Shown here piece by piece: positions 25,032 to 31,268 of a DNA stretch of 31,268 nucleotides (position 1 is the first letter of the stretch; each line of letters begins with the position of its first letter). A program made the translations under genes and the position numbers. The notes beneath the pieces were generated by a model. That model was given only the letters and a program-made list of their open reading frames with translations, searched no databases and had not been told where the DNA came from. This DNA comes from Candidatus Limnocylindria bacterium (lineage in GTDB: Bacteria > Chloroflexota > Limnocylindria > QHBO01). The stretch is taken from positions 1 through 31,268 of the forward strand of contig JBBJNX010000001.1 of the NCBI GenBank assembly GCA_037721115.1, in the 5' to 3' direction.

Positions 25032-26630
25032 GTGTCCAATTCGAAGCAACCGATGAGATCGGCCATCCTGCTCGGCGCCGTTGCCGGGCTCATCGGTGGG
25101 TTGGCGATGATGTTCGTGATGCTTCTCCTGCGCACGCTGGCCGGGATCCCGACCACGGCCGAGCTGCTTGGCGATCGGATCGCCGCGTTGATCCCGGTCA
25201 ACGCCTTCCTTGCTCTGTTGGGTTTCTTCGGCGGCTACAACCAGTTCAAACAGCTCGGTATCGGGGCGGCCCTCGTCGGGCAGCTGGGTCTTGCGGTGTT
25301 CGGTGGTATCGCGCTGGCGATCCTGTCGAGACGCGAGGTGCTTGGCAACAGCGACGAGCCGTTGTGGGGCATCGGACGCCGGACCGTCGCAATCATCTTG
25401 GGGCTCAGTGTGGGCGTTTGGCTCCTCCTCGTTGCGGCCCTCTTTCCGAATCTCGACACGCACTATTTCGGCCTTCAGCCTGGCGTCGCGACGGTCGTGA
25501 CGAGCCTCGGTTTTGCCATCCTGCTTGCGACGTATGCCGCCGTGACGGTGGCGACACTCCGCCTCGTCAACGGGCCCACACGCGCCACCGGCGACGTGCC
25601 CAGCGCAGGCGTTGTCGTAAATCCGGGACGGCGCCGACTTCTCATCGGCGGCGCGGGCGCTGTGTTGGCAGCCTCTTCGGGCGGCATGCTTGTCCGCCTC
25701 TACGATCACGCCACGTTCAGCTACGACGGAATGCAGTACATCGGGCCGAATCTCGAGCCGATCACCCCGAATGATCGCTTTTACGTCGTCACCAAGAACG
25801 TCGTCGATCCGCGGGTGAACCAGGCGCTGTGGGCGCTCGAGGTCAATGGTCACGTCGAGCGACCGCAGACCTACGACTTCGGCCGGATCGAGGCAATGAG
25901 TCCGACCGAGCAGGAGACGACGCTGATGTGCATCAGCAACCCGATTTCGTGGGGTCTCATCAGCAACGCGGTCTGGACCGGCGTACCGATGCGAGTCCTG
26001 CTCGAGGAGGCCGGCGCACGGGAAGACGCTGTCGAGGTCGTATTACACGGCGCCGATGGCTACACCGATACGTTCAGCTTCGAGAAGGCAATGGAACCGA
26101 CGACGCTCGTTGCCTATCGGATGAATGGCGAGCCGCTTCCGCAGCGGCATGGCTTCCCCGCGCGGATCATCGTGCCGGGGCTCTACGGCGAGAAGAACGT
26201 CAAATGGGTCACCCGCATCGAGGTCGTCGACCGAGAGGCGAAGGGTTTCTACGAGATGCAGGGCTGGGGCCCTGACTTCACCGTGCCCAACCGGTCGCGG
26301 ATCGACGGCCCGAGCCTGAAGGATCCGATCAGGGTCGGTTCCGAAACGCTCCTGAACGGGATGGCCTTCGCCGGCAATCGCGGCGTGGGTCGCGTGGAGG
26401 TATCGACCGATCGTCAACGGACCTGGGAGCCCGCCGAGATCACATACGCGGGCACATCTCTGACCTGGTCGTTCTGGGAGTACCCATGGCAGCCCGGTCG
26501 GGCCGGCGATTACGAGATCGCCGTCCGGGCGATCGATGGCGACGGTAACCTCCAGACGTCCGACAAGCGAGGCACGGCGCCGCAGGGTGCCACCGGCCTC
26601 CATGTCGTCTCTGCCACCGTGGTGGCCTGA
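25032..26630 (+). CDS. Membrane-anchored molybdopterin-dependent oxidoreductase, sulfite oxidase family
   Basis: About 4 N-terminal TM helices, internal RRRLLIGG, Mo-ligating Cys in TLMCISN, YRMNGEPLPQRHGFPARIIVPGLYGEKNVKWV and a C-terminal dimerisation domain. Start is GTG 25032 or ATG 25053. Confidence 0.9.
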   Translation: MSNSKQPMRSAILLGAVAGLIGGLAMMFVMLLLRTLAGIPTTAELLGDRIAALIPVNAFLALLGFFGGYNQFKQLGIGAALVGQLGLAVFGGIALAILSRREVLGNSDEPLWGIGRRTVAIILGLSVGVWLLLVAALFPNLDTHYFGLQPGVATVVTSLGFAILLATYAAVTVATLRLVNGPTRATGDVPSAGVVVNPGRRRLLIGGAGAVLAASSGGMLVRLYDHATFSYDGMQYIGPNLEPITPNDRFYVVTKNVVDPRVNQALWALEVNGHVERPQTYDFGRIEAMSPTEQETTLMCISNPISWGLISNAVWTGVPMRVLLEEAGAREDAVEVVLHGADGYTDTFSFEKAMEPTTLVAYRMNGEPLPQRHGFPARIIVPGLYGEKNVKWVTRIEVVDREAKGFYEMQGWGPDFTVPNRSRIDGPSLKDPIRVGSETLLNGMAFAGNRGVGRVEVSTDRQRTWEPAEITYAGTSLTWSFWEYPWQPGRAGDYEIAVRAIDGDGNLQTSDKRGTAPQGATGLHVVSATVVA

Positions 26631-26635
26631 GGATC

Positions 26636-27322
26636 GTGGCGACCGATATCGAGCTGGAACGTGCGCGCGCCGACCCATACAGCTCCCGGACACGCATCTT
26701 CGACCGGTCCGACTGGCTCTATGCCTTCATGCGGGAGCACTGCTTTCGAGACGACACGGATCGCATCGATGCGGCTCTATGGGGAGGTGGGCGGCCCGAC
26801 CAGGGCACGCTCTTGATCGACATCGGTTGCGGACCGGGCACCTACACCCGACGGCTTGCCCAGCGACATCCTGGCCTGCGTACCCTCGGCATTGACCACT
26901 CGCCCGGCCAACTGAATCGCGCGCGTGACCATGCGCGCCAGGTCGGCGTCGCCAACTGCCGGTTCGAGCTCGGCGATGCCATGCGCTTGCCCCTCGCCGA
27001 CGAATCGGTCGACGCCGCGGTCGCATCACGCCTGCTCATGGTGCTGAGCGATCCCGCTCGCGCACTGGCAGAGATCTACCGTGCTCTGCGGCCCGGCGGG
27101 CGTTGTTTCATTGCTGAACCACGGCCCGGCCTGTGGACCGCGTTGCCGACGATGGCGCTGCGGCTGCTGGACCGCGCGTCCACCGGGGTGGTCCATTCAC
27201 CGACGGTGCCTGGCGATGACGCTGACTGGGCAGCCCTGCTCAATACGCAGCCATGGTCATGTATTTTCGAGTCCGCCGATCGTCGCTACCGGTACGCAGT
27301 GTGCGAGCGTCCAACGGCATGA
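26636..27322 (+). CDS. Class I SAM-dependent methyltransferase
   Basis: LIDIGCGPG motif I, GIDHS, GDAMRLPLADESVDA and RALRPGG. Confidence 0.88.
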   Translation: MATDIELERARADPYSSRTRIFDRSDWLYAFMREHCFRDDTDRIDAALWGGGRPDQGTLLIDIGCGPGTYTRRLAQRHPGLRTLGIDHSPGQLNRARDHARQVGVANCRFELGDAMRLPLADESVDAAVASRLLMVLSDPARALAEIYRALRPGGRCFIAEPRPGLWTALPTMALRLLDRASTGVVHSPTVPGDDADWAALLNTQPWSCIFESADRRYRYAVCERPTA

Positions 27323-28353
27323 GCACGCTCGTCACCGGAGGTGCCGGATTCATCGGCGCTACCGTCGTTGGTCGCTGTCTCGCGGCGGGTGAGCGCGTCA
27401 CGGTGCTCGATGACCTCTCCACCGCCGATCCGGACTGGGATGACAATTTCCAGGCCGAGCTGCTCGATGGCCGGCTCACGTTCGTGCGCGGCGACGTCAG
27501 CGATCTCGCGACGGTGGTCGACGCGATGGCGGGCCACGATTCCGTCGTGCATCTGGCGGCGAACACCAACATCCCCGGTGGCTACGACGATCCGAGCCTC
27601 GACCTCACGGGGTGCATCCTGGGAACGTGGAATGTCGCCGAGGCGATGCGGAGGCACGGCGTGCGGCGGCTGCTGTTCGCGTCGAGCGGGGTGGTCTACG
27701 GCGCGCCGCTCCGCACCCCGACCAACGAGGCATACGGCCCGATGCTGCCCGAGTCGCACTACGCCGCGGGCAAACTCGCCGGCGAGGCGATTCTCTCCGG
27801 CTTCGCCCATCTGCATGACTGGCGTGCGCTGGCCTTCCGGTTCGGCAATACCATCGGGCCGCGTTCGAATCACGGGGTGGTTCACGACTTCGTGGTAAAG
27901 CTGCTTCGCGATGGCACTCGTCTCGAGGTCATGGGCGACGGCCATCAGGCGAAACCGTACATCGATGTCGAGGATCTCGTTACCGGCGTCCTGCATGCCG
28001 AGCGGAAGGCCCTGGACCGTCCATTCACCGCCCTCAACGTGGCGACGTCTGGCACGCTCACGGTCAGTCGCGTGGCCGAGCTCGTCATCGAGGTACTCGG
28101 GCTCGACCGCGACGGCGTGGAGCTCGTCTTCAGTGGGGCCGCTCGCGGTGGTGGCGGTTGGGTCGGCGACACGCCGCTGGTCAACCTCGATGCGCGCGCG
28201 CTGCGTGCTCTGGGGTGGGAGCCGCGCCTGACCGCCGCGGAGTCGGTGCGAAGGGCGGCGCGCGGGATGCGGGATCGACTGCTGGGCACAGAGACGCCGT
28301 TCCGAACGACCGCCGAGCGTCGATCCGAGCCACGGCACGCCGTCGCGCGATGA
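27319..28353 (+). CDS. NAD-dependent NDP-sugar epimerase/dehydratase (extended SDR)
   Basis: Start ATG 27319 (ATGA overlap). TGGAGFIG, HLAA, FASSGVVYG and YAAGK (YxxxK). Confidence 0.9.
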   Translation: MSTLVTGGAGFIGATVVGRCLAAGERVTVLDDLSTADPDWDDNFQAELLDGRLTFVRGDVSDLATVVDAMAGHDSVVHLAANTNIPGGYDDPSLDLTGCILGTWNVAEAMRRHGVRRLLFASSGVVYGAPLRTPTNEAYGPMLPESHYAAGKLAGEAILSGFAHLHDWRALAFRFGNTIGPRSNHGVVHDFVVKLLRDGTRLEVMGDGHQAKPYIDVEDLVTGVLHAERKALDRPFTALNVATSGTLTVSRVAELVIEVLGLDRDGVELVFSGAARGGGGWVGDTPLVNLDARALRALGWEPRLTAAESVRRAARGMRDRLLGTETPFRTTAERRSEPRHAVAR

Positions 28354-29882
28354 CCGACGCCACGCTGGCGAGTCGCCGGTTGCACTCGCACGTCGCCAGC
28401 CGCGTGACCGCCCACCCGACCACCCCGGTCCCGGTCCTCCTCTGCGTTGCGGGTGCCCTTCTCGGCTTTGGCTGGCTTGCGTTCCTGCTGCTGCGGCGAG
28501 CCGATGGACTCGGCACCCTCGCCTACGATCAGGCGTTCTTTCAGCAGGTCGTCTGGAACGTGTCCGAGGGAAACGGCTTCGTTTCGAGCTTCAACGGAGG
28601 CAGCTTCCTGGGCCTCCACTTTTCTCCGCTGCTCGTCATCCCGGCGCTGGTCGAGACCGTCTGGGCCGACGCGCGCGTCCTCAGCCTCATTCACGCCTTT
28701 GCGCTTGCCGCCGCCGGGCCGGCAGCCTTTTTGTTCTTGCGAGCGGCATTCCGCCCGTCGCCGTCCGCGCCGTGGCTGGCAGCGGCGATCGCCGCGCCAC
28801 TGCCACTGTGGAGCGCCATCCAGGAGGCTGGTCGAGCCGACTTCCACACCGAGTCTCTTGCGCTGCCGTTCGCTCTGCTCGCCGGTTGGGCGGGCCTGCG
28901 CGGCCGGGCGCTTCTCCTCCTGGCATTCGCCGGGGTCGTGCTCCTGGCAAAGGAGGACCAGGGATTCACCGTTTTCGTGGTCGGCGCTCTCGTCGCCGCG
29001 CGTGGTCCCGGCAGGCTCCACGACGGACTCCGCCCCGTGGCAGGCGTTCGCGCCGCAGGCCTCATGCTGATGCCCATCGGCATCGTGTGGTCGCTCCTCG
29101 TCTTCACCGTGGTGATGCCGATTCTGCGAGACGGCGCAGACCTCGAGACGGGCTGGTACTACGAATGGATCATCGAGAATGGCGGCCCGTTGGCGAACGT
29201 GGAACGAATCGGCGAAGGGCTGACGAACGGTACCGGCTGGATGGGGGCAGCCGGCCTGCTGGTGTCGACGGCGGCGTTGGGATTGCTGCGGCCGGCATGG
29301 CTCCTGCTCGCCTTGCCACCAATCCTCGCCAACTTGCTGAGCTCGAATCTTGCGCAGGCCGATTTCAAGCTTCATTACACGCTCCTGTCCATGCTGCCGT
29401 TCCTCGCGGCTGCTGCGATCGGCGGGCGTCGGCTGCTGGCATGGACGGCTCGTCGTCGGCGGTCGGCAGATCGAGACGGCCAACGCCGCCCCGCGGGCAG
29501 GCTGCTCGTTGTTCTTGCCATACCGGCTCTCTGTGTGGCCTGGATCGGAGGAGGGCTGCCGCCGACCGAACGCACGGTGCACGGCCAATGGGATCGCCCA
29601 CCCGCCCACGACGAGCTGCTTCGATTCGCCCGGCAGATCCCCGCTGAAGTCGCAATCTCGGTGGACGATGGTCTCGCGCCGCCGCTCGCTTCGCGGAGTG
29701 ACATCTCCCTGATCCCACGCGGAGGTCCGGACGCGTGGGTGCTCGTCGACCGCGAGGCGCGGGATCCGGGCTACTTTTCCTGGGCCCGGCGAGAGGCGTT
29801 CGTCGAGGAGCTTCCCGCCAGTGGACGGTCCCTGCTCGCGGCAGGGGATCGGTTCGAACTGTGGGGGCCGATTGATGAGTGA
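28350..29882 (+). CDS. DUF2079-family multi-pass membrane protein (predicted GT-C glycosyltransferase)
   Basis: Start ATG 28350 (ATGA overlap). YDQAFFQQVVW, FLGLHFSPLL, DFHTE, LAKEDQG and HYT motifs; many TM segments. Confidence 0.82.
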   Translation: MTDATLASRRLHSHVASRVTAHPTTPVPVLLCVAGALLGFGWLAFLLLRRADGLGTLAYDQAFFQQVVWNVSEGNGFVSSFNGGSFLGLHFSPLLVIPALVETVWADARVLSLIHAFALAAAGPAAFLFLRAAFRPSPSAPWLAAAIAAPLPLWSAIQEAGRADFHTESLALPFALLAGWAGLRGRALLLLAFAGVVLLAKEDQGFTVFVVGALVAARGPGRLHDGLRPVAGVRAAGLMLMPIGIVWSLLVFTVVMPILRDGADLETGWYYEWIIENGGPLANVERIGEGLTNGTGWMGAAGLLVSTAALGLLRPAWLLLALPPILANLLSSNLAQADFKLHYTLLSMLPFLAAAAIGGRRLLAWTARRRRSADRDGQRRPAGRLLVVLAIPALCVAWIGGGLPPTERTVHGQWDRPPAHDELLRFARQIPAEVAISVDDGLAPPLASRSDISLIPRGGPDAWVLVDREARDPGYFSWARREAFVEELPASGRSLLAAGDRFELWGPIDE

Positions 29883-31268
29883 TCCGCTGGCGGCCGTCAT
29901 TCCGGCGCTGGATGAGGCGGCCTCGATCGGTGACCTCGTGAGCGGACTTCGCGAGGCCGGGGCCTGCTGCGTGATCGTGGTTGACGGCGGCTCGCAGGAT
30001 GGAACGCCCGAGGTCGCCGTGGCCGCAGGCGCCACCGTGGTGCGGGAGCATCGGCGCGGCTATGGGCGCGCCTGCCTCACGGGCGCCGAGGTAGCGCGGC
30101 AGGGGCACCGCCACGATGGGGTCGCCTTTCTGGACGGCGACGGTTCGTGCGACCCTGCCGACCTGCCACGGTTGCGCGCCGCGCTGCCCACCGCGGATCT
30201 GGTCCTCGGCCGGCGGCGTCCGCGAGACACGGAGGTGGGCGCGATGCCCTTGCACGCACGGCTGGGCAACATTCTCGTGGCGAGAATCATCACACTTCGC
30301 ACCGGGCGCCGCATCCATGACCTGCCGCCATTCAAGGTGATCCGCGCTGAGCTCCTCGGGCGCTTGAATCTGGACGCGGCCGGATACGGCTGGACGGTCC
30401 AGCTCATCTCTCGCGCGGCGACCGAGCGCTCCGCTCGGATTCGGGAGGTGCCGGTGCGGTTCCTTCGCCGGCGGGGTGGGGTGAGCAAGGTTGCCGGACG
30501 GCTGCGGGCATCGGTGCTGGCCGCCATCGCCATGCTGCGCACGGCCTGGACGGAGACTTCGCCGCGACCGGTCATCGCCATCGTGGCCAAGGCACCACGC
30601 GCCGGCCAGGTAAAGACGCGTCTCATTCAACACCTGGGAGGAGAAGGGGCAGCCGAGCTGTGGAGCGCATCCCTTGTCGATACCGCCGCCGTGCTGCACG
30701 TCGCCGCGGCCGAATTGCGCGCGATCCCGCTGATCGTTGCACGGGCCGCAGAGCGCGCGGAGGTCGCCGCACTCGTCGGTCCGGGTTGGCACTCGGTCGC
30801 GCAGGACAAACCGGACCTTGACGGCGCGATCGCAACTGCCTTCGAGACGGCCGCCAGGCTGGGTGCCGATCGGGCGGTCGTGGTGAGCGGCGACAACCCG
30901 GACCTTCCGCCAGGCCACCTCGGCGCGGCACTCCGCCAGCTGGATGCCGCCGACGCTGTACTGGGCCCCACCGAAGACGGCGGATATCATCTCGTCGGCC
31001 TGCGGTGGCGTCGGATCCCACCCGTTCCCCTCCTGGCGGGCCTCATGCGTCGTAGGTTCCGTCGACGCGTGCGAATGACCTTCGGTGTGGTGCCCATGGG
31101 CACCGGACGAGCACTCGACCGCACGCACCGGGCGCTCACGTCGAACGGGTTCGAAGTCACCCTGTCTCCGACGTGGCCCGACGTCGACACATCCGAAGAC
31201 CTGCGGCAGCTTGCCGCACGCCTCGAGGTGGCACCGGCCGACATCGCGCCGCGCACCCGGGCATGGCT
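29875..31268 (+). CDS. GT2 glycosyltransferase fused to a DUF2064/TIGR04282-like (CofC-like) domain; partial, runs off the window
   Basis: Absent from the ORF track; translated by hand from ATG 29875 with no stop to 31268. It reads VIPALDEAASI, VDGGSQDGT, GYGRAC, FLDGDGS, then AKAPRAGQVKTRL (30586), GDNPDL, GPTEDGGY (30964) and DVDT (31180). Confidence 0.88.
   Translation, partial: MSDPLAAVIPALDEAASIGDLVSGLREAGACCVIVVDGGSQDGTPEVAVAAGATVVREHRRGYGRACLTGAEVARQGHRHDGVAFLDGDGSCDPADLPRLRAALPTADLVLGRRRPRDTEVGAMPLHARLGNILVARIITLRTGRRIHDLPPFKVIRAELLGRLNLDAAGYGWTVQLISRAATERSARIREVPVRFLRRRGGVSKVAGRLRASVLAAIAMLRTAWTETSPRPVIAIVAKAPRAGQVKTRLIQHLGGEGAAELWSASLVDTAAVLHVAAAELRAIPLIVARAAERAEVAALVGPGWHSVAQDKPDLDGAIATAFETAARLGADRAVVVSGDNPDLPPGHLGAALRQLDAADAVLGPTEDGGYHLVGLRWRRIPPVPLLAGLMRRRFRRRVRMTFGVVPMGTGRALDRTHRALTSNGFEVTLSPTWPDVDTSEDLRQLAARLEVAPADIAPRTRAW

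Noticed and set aside
27945-31128. Long antisense ORFs (27945-30035, 29365-31128; likewise 5910-7367, 214-1116, 14071-15024)
   Set aside because: They shadow well-supported genes on the opposite strand, have no recognisable motifs, and are expected in high-GC DNA.

Overview
High-GC bacterial chromosomal window with about 33 CDS and no rRNA, tRNA, CRISPR, transposase or phage genes that I can support. Lipoprotein, sortase-like and leaderless-type signals suggest a monoderm such as Chloroflexota or Actinomycetota (inference only). From left to right it holds: a CapA-family lipoprotein; a four-subunit 2-oxoacid:ferredoxin oxidoreductase operon (delta-alpha-beta-gamma) whose beta subunit has a ~225-aa tail with a duplicated 41-aa module; a small acidic lipoprotein; cupin and adenosine deaminase; DUF4331, TPR and a membrane protein; a DHDPS-family aldolase; a tandem-CHRD surface protein; an acyl-CoA catabolic region (7Fe ferredoxin, EthD, Oah/BadI-like crotonase with a zinc ribbon, two more crotonases, tandem GNAT, 3-hydroxyacyl-CoA dehydrogenase, HAD, thiolase); an FAD oxidoreductase; SIMPL; and an ECF sigma/zinc anti-sigma pair. 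That pair is divergent from a tightly coupled operon: sulfite-oxidase-family Mo enzyme, SAM methyltransferase, NDP-sugar epimerase, DUF2079 GT-C-like protein, and a GT2-DUF2064 fusion that runs off the right end and is missing from the ORF track. Best candidates for undescribed biology are this operon, the repeated module on the OFOR beta subunit, a palindromic 17-bp repeat family in two intergenic regions, and the Oah-like hydrolase among Paa-like genes. All family assignments come from motifs I recognise by eye; no database searches were run.
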